64,000 nt of DNA from Eledone cirrhosa (lineage: Eukaryota), in assembly GCA_964016885.1 (NCBI GenBank), contig OZ024744.1, positions 132,990,001-133,054,000 of the forward strand. Reading direction: 5' to 3'. The translations under genes were made by a program, and so were the position numbers. Below, piece by piece: positions 14,301-27,299 of this stretch; position 1 is the first letter of the stretch, and the number at the start of each line of letters is the position of its first letter. The notes beneath the pieces are model-generated. The model saw only the letters and a program-made list of their open reading frames with translations, was not told where the DNA came from and did no database searches.

Positions 14301-16203
14301 CTTAACTCAACCCCAACTTAACTTAACCCCAACTTAACTGAACCCTAACTTAACTTAACCCCGACTTAACTTAACCCCGACTTAACTTAACCCCAACTTA
14401 ACTTAACCCCAACTTAACTTAACCCCAACTTAACTTAACCCCAACTTAATTTAACCCCATCTTAACCCCAACTTAACTTAACCCCAACTTAACTGAACCC
14501 CAACTTAACTTAACCCCAACTTATATAAACCCCAACTTAACTTAACCCCAACTTAACTTAACCCCAACTTAACTTAACCCCAACTTAACTCAGCCCCAAC
14601 TTAACCTAGCCCCAACTTAACTTAACCCCAACTTAACTTAACCCCAACTTAACTTAACCCCAACTTAATTTAACCCCAACTTAACTTAACCCCAACTTAA
14701 CTTAAACCCAACTTAACTTAACCCCAACTTAAATTATCCCCAACTTAACTTATCCCCAACTTAACTTAACCCCAACTTAACTTAACCCCAACTTAACTTA
14801 ACCCCAACTTAATTTAACCCCAACTTAACTTAACCTCAACTTAACTTAACCCCAACTTAACTTAACCCCATCTTAACTTAACCCCAACTTAACTTAACCC
14901 CAACTTAACTTAACCCCAACTTAAATTAACCCCAACTTAACTTAACCCCAACTTAACTTAACCCCGACTTAACTTAACCCCAACTTAACTTAACCCCAAC
15001 TTAACTTAACCCCAACTTAACTTAACCACAAATTAACTTAACCCCAACTTAACTTAACCCCAACTTAACTTAACCCCAACGTAACCCCAACTTAACTTGA
15101 CCCCAACTTAACTTAACCCCAACTTAACTCAACCCCAACTTAACTTAACCCCAACTTAACTCAGCCCCAACTTAACTCAGCCCCAACTTAACTTAGCCCC
15201 AACTTAACTCAACACCAACTTAACTTAACCCCACCTTAACTTAACCCCAACTTAACTTAACCCCAACTTAACTTATCCCCAACTTAACTGAACCCCAACT
15301 TAACTTAACCCCAACTTAATATAACCCCAAATTAACTTAACCCCAACTTAACTCAACCCCAACTTAAATTAACCCCAACTTAACTTAACCCCAACTTAAC
15401 TTAACCCCAACTTAACTTAACCCCAACTTAACTTAACCCCAACTTAACTTAACCCCAACTTAACTTAACCCCAACTTAATTAACCCCAACTTAAATTAAC
15501 CCCAACTTAACTTAACACCAACTTAACGTAACCCCAACTTAATTTAACCCCAACTTAAATTAACCCCAACTTAACTTGCTCCCAAATTAACTTACCCCCA
15601 ACTTAACTTAACCCCAACTTAATTTAACCCCAACTTAATTTAACCCCAACTTAACTTAAACCCAACTTAACTTAACCCCAACTTAACTTAACCCCAAATT
15701 AACTCAACCCCAACTTAACTCAACCCCAACTTACCTTAACCCCAACTTAACTTAACCCCAACTTAACTTAACCACAAATTAACTTAGCCCCAACTTAAAT
15801 TAACCCCAACTTAAATCAACCACAACTTAACTTAACCCCGACTAAACTTAACCCCAACTTAACTTAACCCCAACTTCACTCAACCCCAACTTAACTCAAC
15901 CCCAACTTAACCCCAACTTAACTTAACCCCAACTTAACTTAACCACAAAGTTAACTTAACCCCAATTTAAATTAACCCCAACTTAACTTAACCCCAACTT
16001 AACATAACCACCACTTAATTAACCCCAACTTAACTCAACCCCAACTTAACTTAACCCTAACTTAACTTAACCCCAACTTAACCGCAACTTAACTTAACCC
16101 CACCTTAACTTACCCCCAACTTAACTTACCCCCAACTTAACTGAACCCCAACTTAAGTTAAGCCTAACTTAACTTAACGCCAACTTAACTTAACCCCGAC
16201 TTA

Positions 16204-16376
16204 GGGCTTAAGTTAAGTTGGGGCTAAGTTAAGTTGGGGTTAAGTCAAGTTGGAAGTTGGGGTTGAGTGAAGTTGGGGTTAAGTTAAGTTGGGGTTGAGT
16301 GAAGTTGGGGTTAAGTTAAGTTGGGGTTGAGTTACGTTGGGGTTGAGTGAAGTTGGGGTTAAGTTAAGTTGGGGTT
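16204..16376 (-). repeat. Inverted satellite island 1 (173 bp, about 11 monomers in reverse orientation)
   Basis: The + strand switches to GGGCTTAAGTTAAGTT GGGGCTAAGTTAAGTT GGGGTTAAGTCAAGTT GGAAGTT GGGGTTGAGTGAAGTT ... GGGGTT, the reverse complement of the monomer, then returns to AACCCC at 16377. Confidence 0.97.
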
Positions 16377-16403
16377 AACCCCAACTTAACTTAACCCCAA
16401 CTT
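16350..16403. repeat. Perfect 54-bp spacer-less palindrome at right junction of island 1
   Basis: AAGTTGGGGTTAAGTTAAGTTGGGGTT|AACCCCAACTTAACTTAACCCCAACTT: 27-bp arms, centre 16376/16377. Imperfect symmetry continues across the island length. Confidence 0.93.
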
Positions 16404-19400
16404 AACTTAACCCCAACTTAACTTAACCCCAACATAACTTAACCCCAACTTAAATTAACCCCAACTTAACTTAAACTCAACTTAACTAACCAACTTAACT
16501 TAACCCCAACTTAACTTAACCCCAACTTAACTTAACCCCAACTTAACTTAAACCCAACTTAACTTAACCCCAACTTAACTTAACCCCAACTTAACTTAAC
16601 CCCGACTTAACTTAACCCCAACTTAAATTAACCCCAACTTAACTTAACCCCAACTTAACTTAACCCCGACTTAACTTAACCCCAACTTAACTTAACCCCA
16701 ACTTAACTTAGCCCCAACTTAACTTAGCCCCAACTTAACTTAGCCCCAACTTAACTTAACCCCAACTTAACTTAACCGCACCTTAACTTAACCCCAACTT
16801 AACTTAACCCCAACTTAACTCAACACCAACTTAACTCAACCCCAACTTAACTCAACCCCAATTTAACTCAACCCCAACTTAACTCAATCCCAACTTAACT
16901 TAACCCCAACTTAACTGAACCCTAACTTAACTTAACCCCGACTTAAATTAAGCCCAACTTAACTTAACCCCAACTTAACTCAGCCCCAACTTAACTTAGC
17001 CCCAACTTAACTTAACCCCAACTTAACTTAACCCCAACTTAACTTAACCCCAACTTAACTTAACCCCAACTTAACTTAACCCCAACTTAACTTAAACCCA
17101 ACTTAACTTAACCCCAACTTAAATTATCCCCAACTTAACTTATCCCCAACTTAACTTAACCCCAACTTGACTTAACCCCAACTTAACTTAACCCCAACTT
17201 AATTTAACCCCAACTTAACTTAACCCCAACTTAATTCAACCCCAACTTAAATTAACCCCAACTTAACTTAACCCCAACTTAACTTAACCCCGACTTAACT
17301 TAACCCCAACTCAACTTAACCCCAACTTAACTTAACCCTAACTTAACTTAACCACAAATTAACTTAACCCCAACTTAACTTAACCCCAACTTAACTTAAG
17401 CCCAACTTAACTTAACCCCAACTTAACTTAAACCTAACTTAACTTAACCCCAACTTAACCCCAACTTAACTTGACCCCAACTTAACTTAACCCCAACTTA
17501 AATTAACCCCAACTTAACTTAACCCCAACTTAACTTAACCCCGACTTAACTTAACCCCAACTTAACTTAACCCCAACTTACCTTAACCCCAACTTAACTT
17601 AACCAGAAATTAACTTAACCCCAACTTAAATTAACCCCAACTTAACTTAACCCCAACTTAACTTAACCCCAACTTAACTTAACCCCAACTTAACTTAAAC
17701 CTAACTTAACTTAACCCCAACTTAACCCCAACTTAGCTTGACCCCAACTTAACTTAACCCCAACTTAACTCAGCCCCAACTTAACTCAGCCCCAACTTAA
17801 CTTAGCCCCAACTTAACTTAACACCAACTTAACTTAACCCCAACTTAACTTAACCCCAACTTAACTTAACCCCAACTTAACTTATACCCAACTTAACTGA
17901 ACCCCAACTTAACTTAACCCCAACTTAATATAACCCCAACTTAACTTAACCCCAACTTAACTCAACCCCAACTTAAATTAACCCCAACTTAACTTAACCC
18001 CAACTTAATTAACCCCAACTTAACTTAACCCCAACTTAACTTAACCCCAACTTAACTCATACCCAACTTAACTGAACCCCAACTTAACTTAACCCCAACT
18101 TAATATAACCCCAACTTAACTTAACCCCAACTTAACTCAACCCCAACTTAAATTAACCCCAACTTAACTTAACCCCAACTTAATTAACCCCAACTTAAAT
18201 AAACCCCAACTTAAATTAACCCCAACTTAACTTAACCCCAACTTAACTTAACCCCAACTTAACTTAACCCCAACTTAACTTATCCCCAACTTAACTTAAC
18301 CCCAACTTAAATTAAACCCAACTTAACTTAACCCCAACTTAACTTAACCCCAACTTAATTTAACCCCAACTTAACTTAACCTCAACTTAACTTAACCCCA
18401 ACTTAACTTAACCCCAACTTAACTTAACCCCAACTTAATTTAACCCCAACTTAACTTAACCTCAACTTAACTTAGCCCCAACTTAACTTAACCCCAACTT
18501 AAATTAACCCCAACTTAGCTTAACCCCAACTTAACTTAACCCCGACTTAACTTAACCCCAACTTAACTTAACCCCAACTTAACTTAACCCCAACTTAACT
18601 TAACCACAAATTAACTTAACCCCAACTTAACTTAACCCCAACTTAACTTAACCCCAACTTAACTTAACCCCAACTTAACTTAACACCAACTTAACTTAAA
18701 CCTAACTTAACTTAACCCCAACTTAACCCCAACTTAACTTGACCCCAACTTAACTTAACCCCAACTTAACTCAACCCCAACTTAACTTAACCCCAACTTA
18801 ACTCAGCCCCAACTTAACTCAGCCCCAACTTAACTTAGCCCCAACTTAACTTAACACCAACTTAACTTAACCCCAACTTAACTTAACCCCAACTTAACTT
18901 AACCCCAACTTAACTTATCCCCAACTTAACTGAACCCCAACTTAACTCAACCCCAACTTAAATTAACCCCAACTTAACTTAACCCCAACTTAACTTAACC
19001 CCAACTTAATTAACCCCAACTTAAATTAACCCCAACTTAACTTAACACCAACTTAACGTAACCCCAACTTAATTTAACCCCAACTTAAATTAACCCCAAC
19101 TTACTTGCCCCCAACTTAACTTACCCCCAACTTAACTTAACCCCAACTTAATTTAACCCCAACTTAATTTAACCCCAACTTAACTTAAACCCAACTTAAC
19201 TTAACCCCAACTTAACTTAACCCCAAATTAACTCAACCCCAACTTAACTCAACCCCAACTTAAATTAACCCCAACTTAACTTAACCCCAACTTAACTTAA
19301 CCACAAATTAACTTAGCCCCAACTTAAATTAACCCCAACTTAACTCAACCACAACTTAACTTAACCCCGACTTAACTTAACCCCACCTTAACTTAACCTC

Positions 19401-20759
19401 AACTTAACTTAACTGCAACTTAACTTAACCCCAACTTAACTTAACCCCAACTTAACTAAACACCAACTTAACTCAACCCCAACTTAACTCAACGCCAATT
19501 TAACTCAACCCCAACTTAACTCAACCCCAACTTAACTTAACCCCGACTTAAATTAACCCCGACTTAACTTAACCCCAACTTAACTTAACCCCAACTTAAC
19601 TTAACCCCAACTTAACTTAACCCCAACTTAACTTAACCCCAACTTAAATTAACCCCAACTTAACTTAAACTCAACTTAACTAACCAACTTAACTTAACCC
19701 CAACTGAACTTGACCCCAACTTAACTTAACCCCAACTTAACTTAAACCCAACTTAACTTAACCCCAACTTAACTTAACCCCAACTTAACTTAACCCCAAC
19801 TTAACCCCAAATTAAATTAACCTCAACTTAACTTAACCCCAACTTAACTTAGCCCCAACTTAACTTAGCCCCAACTTAACTTAGCCCCAACTTAACTTAA
19901 CCCCAACTTAACTTAACCGCACCTTAACTTAACCTCAACTTAACTTAACTGCAACTTAACTTAACCCCAACTTAACTTAACCCCAACTTAACTCAAAACC
20001 AACTTAACTCAACCCCAACTTAACTCAACCCCAATTTAACTCAACCCCAACTTAACTCAACCCCAACTTAACTTAACCCCAACTTAACTGAACCCTAACT
20101 TAACTTAACCCCGACTTAACTTAACCCCGACTTAACTTAACCCCAACTTAACTTAACCCCAACTTAACTTAACCCCAACTTAATTTAACCCCATCTTAAC
20201 CCCAACTTATCTTAACCCCAACTTAACTGAACCCCAACTTAATTTAACCCCAACTTAAATAAACCCCAACTTAACTTAACCCCAACTTAACTTAACCCCA
20301 ACTTAACTTAACCCCAACTTAACTCAGCCCCAACTTAACTTAGCCCCAACTTAACTTAACCCCAACTTAACTTAACCCCAACTTAACTTAACCCCAACTT
20401 AACTTAACCCCAACTTAACTTAACCCCAACTTAACTTAAACCCAACTTAACTTAACCCCAACTTAAATTATCCCCAACTTAACTTATCCCCAACTTAACT
20501 TAACCCCAACTTAACTTAACCCCAACTTAACTTAACCCCAACTTAATTTAACCCCAACTTAACTTAACCTCAACTTAACTTAACCCCAACTTAACTTAAC
20601 CCCATCTTAACTTAACCCCAACTTAACTTAACCCCAACTTAACTTAACCCCAACTTAAATTAACCCCAACTTAACTTAACCCCAACTTAATTTAACCCCG
20701 ACTTAACTTAACCCCAACTTAACTTAACCCCAACTTAACTTAACCCCAACTTAACTTAA

Positions 20760-23700
20760 CCACAAATTAACTTAACCCCAACTTAACTTAACCCCAACTT
20801 AACTTAACCCCAACTTAACTTAACCCCAACTTAACTTAACCCCAACTTAACTTAAACCTAACTTAAATTAACCCCAACTTAACCCCAACTTAACTTGACC
20901 CCAACTTAACTTAACCCCAACTTAACTCAACCCCAACTTAACTTAACCCCAACTTAACTCAGCCCCAACTTAACTCAGCCCCAACTTAACTTAGCCCCAA
21001 CTTAACTTAACACCAACTTAACTTAACCCCAACTTAACTTAACCCCAACTTAACTTAACCCCAACTTAACTTATCCCCAACTTAACTGAACTCCAACTTA
21101 ACTCAACCCCAACTTAAATTAACCCCAACTTAACTTAACCCCAACTTAACTTAACCCCAACTTAATTAACCCCAACTTAAATTAACCCCAACTTAACTTA
21201 ACACCAACTTAACGTAACCCCAACTTAATTTAACCCCAACTTAAATTAACCCCAACTTAACTTGCCCCCAACTTAACTTACCCCCAACTTAACTTAACCC
21301 CACCTTAATTTAACCCCAACTTAATTTAACCCCAACTTAACTTAAACCCAACTTAACTTAACCCCAACTTAACCCCAAATTAACTCAACCCCAACTTAAC
21401 TCAACCCCAACTTAACTTAACCCCAACTTAACTTAACCCCAACTTAACTTAACCACAAATTAACTTAGCCCCAACTTAAATTAACCCCAACTTAACTCAA
21501 CCACAACTTAACTTAACCCCGACTTAACTTAACCCCACCTTAACTTAACCTCAACTTAACTTAACTGCAACTTAACTTAACCCCAACTTAACTTAACCCC
21601 AACTTAACTCAACACCAACTTAACTCAACCGCAACTTAACTCAACGCCAATTTAACTCAACCCCAACTTAACTCAACCCCAACTTAACTTAACCCCAACT
21701 TAACTGAACCCTAACTTAACTTAACCCCGACTTAAATTAACCCTGACTTAACTTAACCCCAACTTAACTTAACCCCAACTTAACTTAACCCCAACTTAAC
21801 TTAACCCCAACTTAACTTAACCCCAACTTAAATTAACCCCAACTTAACTTAAACTCAACTTAACTAACCAACTTAACTTAACCCCAACTTAACTTGACCC
21901 CAACTTAACTTAACCCCAACTTAACTTAAACCCAACTTAACTTAACCCCAACTTAACTTAGCCCCAACTTAACTTAACCCCAACTTAACTTAACCCCAAA
22001 TTAAATTAACCTCAACTTAACTTAACCCCAACTTAACTTAACCCCGACTTAACTTAACCCCAACTTAACTTAGCCCCAACTTAACTTAGCCCCAACTTAA
22101 CTTAGCCCCAACTTAACTTAACCCCAACTTAACTTAACCGCACCTTAACTTAACCTCAACTTAACTTAACTACAACTTAACTTAACCCCAACTTAACTTA
22201 ACCCCAACTTAACTCAAAACCAACTTAACTCAACCCCAACTTAACTCAACCCCAATTTAACTCAACCCCAACTTAACTCAACCCCAACTTAACTTAACCC
22301 CAACTTAACTGAACCCTAACTTAACTTAACCCCGACTTAACTTAACCCCGACTTAACTTAACCCCAACTTAACTTAACCCCAACTTAACTTAACCCCAAC
22401 TTAACTTAACCCCAACTTAACTCAGCCCCAACTTAACTTAGCCCCAACTTAACTTAACCCCAACTTAACTTAACCCCAACTTAACTTAACCCCAACTTAA
22501 CTTAACCCCAACTTAACTTAAACCCAACTTAACTTAACCCCAACTTAAATTATCCCCAACTTAACTTATCCTCAACTTAACTTAACCCCAACTTAACTTA
22601 ACCCCAACTTAACTTAACCCCAACTTAATTTAACCCCAACTTAACTTAACCTCAACTTAACTTAACCCCAACTTAACTTAACCCCATCTTAACTTAACCC
22701 CAACTTAACTTAACCCCAACTTAACTTAACCCCAACTTAAATTAACCCCAACTTAACTTAACCCCAACTTAACTTAACCCCGACTTAACTTAACCCCAAC
22801 TTAACTTAACCCCAACTTAACTTAACCCCAACTTAACTTAACCACAAATTAACTTAACCCCAACTTAACTTAACCCCAACTTAACTTAACCCCAACTTAA
22901 CTTAACCCCAACTTAACTTAACCCCAACTTAACTTAACCCTAACTTAACTTAACCCCAACTTAACCCCGACTTAACTTGACCCCAACTTAACTTAACCCC
23001 AACTTAACTCAACCCCAACTTAACTTAACCCCAACTTAACTCAGCCCCAACTTAACTCAGCCCCAACTTAACTTAGCCACAACTTAACTTAACACCAACT
23101 TAACTTAACCCCAACTTAACTTAACCCCAACTTAACTCAATCCCAACTTAAATTAACCCCATCTTAACTTAACCCCAACTTAACTTAACCCCAACTTAAT
23201 TAACCCCAACTTAAATTAACCCCAACTTAACTTAACACCAACTTAACGTAACCCCAACTTAAATAAACCCCAACTTAAATTAACCCCAACTTAACTTAAC
23301 CCCAACTTAACTTAACCCCAACTTAACTCAGCCCCAACTTAACTTAGCCTCAACTTAACTTAACCCCAACTTAACTTAACCCCAACTTAACTTATCCCCA
23401 ACTTAACTTAACCCCAACTTAACTTAAACCCAACTTAACTTAACCCCAACTTAAATTATCCCCAACTTAACTTATCCCCAACTTAACTTAACCCCAACTT
23501 AACTTAACCCCAACTTAACTTAACCCCACCTTAATTTAACCCCAACTTAACTTAACCCCAACTTAACTTAACCACAAATTAACTTAACCCCAACTTAACT
23601 TAACCCCAACTTAACTTAACCCCAACTTAACTTAACCCCAACTTAACTTAACCCCAACTTAACTTAAACCTAACTTAACTTAACCCCAACTTAACCCCAA

Positions 23701-26600
23701 CTTAACTTGACCCCAACTTAACTTAACCCCAACTTAACTCAACCCCAACTTAACTTAACCCCAACTTAACTCAGCCCCAACTTAACTCAGCCCCAACTTA
23801 ACTTAGCCCCAACTTAACTTAACACCAACTTAACTTAACCCCAACTTAACTTAACCCCAACTTAACTTAACCCCAACTTAACTTATCCCCAACTTAACTG
23901 AACTCCAACTTAACTCAACCCCAACTTAAATTAACCCCAACTTAACTTAACCCCAACTTAACTTAACCCCAACTTAATTAACCCCAACTTAAATTAACCC
24001 CAACTTAACTTAACACCAACTTAACGTAACCCCAACTTAATTTAACCCCAACTTAAATTAACCCCAACTTAACTTGCCCCCAACTTAACTTACCCCCAAC
24101 TTAACTTAACCCCACCTTAATTTAACCCCAACTTAATTTAACCCCAACTTAACTTAAACCCAACTTAACTTAACCCCAACTTAACTTAACCCCAAATTAA
24201 CTCAACCCCAACTTAACTCAACCCCAACTTAACTTAACCCCAACTTAACTTAACCCCAACTTAACTTAACCACAAATTAACTTAGCCCCAACTTAAATTA
24301 ACCCCAACTTAACTCAACCACAACTTAACTTATCCCCGACTTAACTTAACCCCACCTTAACTTAACCTCAACTTAACTTAACTGCAACTTAACTTAACCC
24401 CAACTTAACTCAACCGCAACTTAACTCAACGCCAATTTAACTCAACCCCAACTTAACTCAACCCCAACTTAACTTAACCCCAACTTAACTGAACCCTAAC
24501 TTAACTTAACCCCGACTTAAATTAACCCCGACTTAACTTAACCCCAACTTAACTTAACCCCAACTTAACTTAACCCCAACTTAACTTAACCCCAACTTAA
24601 CTTAACCCCAACTTAAATTAACCCCAACTTAACTTAAACTCAACTTAACTAACCAACTTAACTTAACCCCAACTTAACTTGACCCCAACTTAACTTAACC
24701 CCAACTTAACTTAAACCCAACTTAACTTAACCCCAACTTAACTTAGCCCCAACTTAACTTAACCCCAACTTAACTTAACCCCAAATTAAATTAACCTCAA
24801 CTTAACTTAACCCCAACTTAACTTAACCCCGACTTAACTTAACCCCAACTTAACTTAGCCCCAACTTAACTTAGCCCCAACTTAACTTAGCCCCAACTTA
24901 ACTTAACCCCAACTTAACTTAACCGCACCTTAACTTAACCTCAACTTAACTTAACTGCAACTTAACTTAACCCCAACTTAACTTAACCCCAACTTAACTC
25001 AAAACCAACTTAACTCAACCCCAACTTAACTCAACCCCAATTTAACTCAACCCCAACTTAACTCAACCCCAACTTAACTTAACCCCAACTTAACTGAACC
25101 CTAACTTAACTTAACCCCGACTTAACTTAACCCCGACTTAACTTAACCCCAACTTAACTTAACCCCAATTTAACTTAACCCCAACTTAACTTAACCCCAA
25201 CTTAATTTAACCCCATCTTAACCCCAACTTATCTTAACCCCAACTTAACTGAACCCCAACTTAATTTAACCCCAACTTAAATAAACCCCAACTTAACTTA
25301 ACCCCAACTTAACTTAACCCCAGCTTAACTTAACCCCAACTTAACTCAGCCCCAACTTAACTTAGCCCCAACTTAACTTAACCCCAACTTAACTTAACCC
25401 CAACTTAACTTAACCCCAACTTAACTTAACCCCAACTTAACTTAACCCCAACTTAACTTAAACCCAACTTAACTTAACCCCAACTTAAATTATCCCCAAC
25501 TTAACTTATCCTCAACTTAACTTAACCCCAACTTAACTTAACCCCAACTTAACTTAACCCCAACTTAATTTAACCCCAACTTAATTTAACCTCAACTTAA
25601 CTTAACCCCAACTTAACTTAACCCCATCTTAACTTAACCCCAACTTAACTTAACCCCAACTTAAATTAACCCCAACTTAACTTAACCCCAACTTAACTTA
25701 ACCCCGACTTAACTTAACCCCAACTTAACTTAACCCCAACTTAACTTAACCCCAACTTAACTTAACCACAAATTAACTTAACCCCAACTTCACTTAACCC
25801 CAACTTAACTTAACCCCAACTTAACTTAACCCCAACTTAACTTAACCCCAACTTAACTTAACCCTAACTTAACTTAACCCCAACTTAACCCCGACTTAAC
25901 TTGACCCCAACTTAACTTAACCCCAACTTAACTCAACCCCAACTTAACTTAACCCCAACTTAACTCAGCCCCAACTTAACTCAGCCCCAACTTAACTTAG
26001 CCACAACTTAACTTAACACCAACTTAACTTAACCCCAACTTAACTTAACCCCAACTTAACTCAATCCCAACTTAAATTAACCCCATCTTAACTTAACCCC
26101 AACTTAACTTAACCCCAACTTAATTAACCCCAACTTAAATTAACCCCAACTTAACTTAACACCAACTTAACGTAACCCCAACTTAAATAAACCCCAACCT
26201 AAATTAACCCCAACTTAACTTAACCCCAACTTAACTTAACCCCAACTTAACTCAGCCCCAACTTAACTTAGCCTCAACTTAACTTAACCCCAACTTAACT
26301 TAACCCCAACTTAACTTATCCCCAACTTAACTTAACCCCAACTTAACTTAAACCCAACTTAACTTAACCCCAACTTAAATTATCCCCAACTTAACTTATC
26401 CCCAACTTAACTTAACCCCAACTTAACTTAACCCCAACTTAACTTAACCCCAACTTAATTTAACCCCAACTTAACTTAACCCCAACTTAACTTAACCACA
26501 AATTAACTTAACCCCAACTTAACTTAACCCCAACTTAACTTAACCCCAACTTAACTTAACCCCAACTTAACTTAACCCCAAATTAACTTAAACCTAACTT
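20760..26600 (+). repeat. Higher-order tandem duplication, unit about 2.8 kb, 2 diverged copies
   Basis: GAACTCC at 21088/23900 (offset 2812), followed in both copies by TTGCCCCC, AACTGC, AACCGC, AACGCC, the 13-mer AACTTAACTAACC, CAAAACC, ATCCTC and AATCCC. The copies differ by multi-monomer indels. Confidence 0.7.
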
Positions 26601-27299
26601 AACTTAACCCCAACTTAACCCCAACTTAACTTGACCCCAACTTAACTTAACCCCAACTTAACTCAACCCCAACTTAACTTAACCCCAACTTAACTCAGCC
26701 CCAACTTAACTCAGCCCCAACTTAACTTAGCCCCAACTTAACTTAACCCCAACTTAACCTATCCCCAACTTAACTGAACCCCAACTTAACTTAACCCCAA
26801 CTTAATATAACCCCAACTTAACTTAACCCCAACTTAACTCAACCCCAACTTAAATTAACCCCAACTTAACTTAACCCCAACTTAACTTAACCCCAACTTA
26901 ATTAACCCCAACTTAAATTAACCCCAACTTAACTTAACACCAACTTAACGTAACCCCAATTAATTTAACCCCAACTTAAATTAACCCCAACTTAACTTGC
27001 CCCCAACTTAACTTACCCCCAACTTAACTTAACCCCAACTTAATTTAACCCCAACTTAATTTAAGCCCAAATTAACTTAAACCCAACTTAAATTAACCCC
27101 AACTTAACTTAACCCCAAATTAACTCAACCCCAACTTAACTCAACCCCAACTTAACTTAACCCCAAATTAACTTAACCACAAATTAACTTAGCCCCAACT
27201 TAAATTAACCCCAACTTAACTCAACCACAACTTAACTTAACCCCGACTTAACTTAACCCCACCTTAACTTAACCTCAACTTAACTTAACTGCAACTTAA

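Noticed and set aside
16201-16206. Canonical TTAGGG telomere tract or telomere-fusion site
   Set aside because: There is only one hexamer per island and no tandem TTAGGG. The orientation reverts after 173 bp, unlike an end-to-end fusion.
16204-16376. MITE or TTAA-targeting (piggyBac-like) transposon insertion
   Set aside because: The island consists entirely of reverse-complement satellite monomers with no distinct terminal inverted repeats or internal sequence. TTAA is ubiquitous in the array, so it is not evidence of a target-site duplication.
16204-16376. Recombinase-controlled invertible (phase-variation) switch
   Set aside because: No recombinase gene or dedicated recombination sites are present, and all three copies are in the same orientation with identical junctions.
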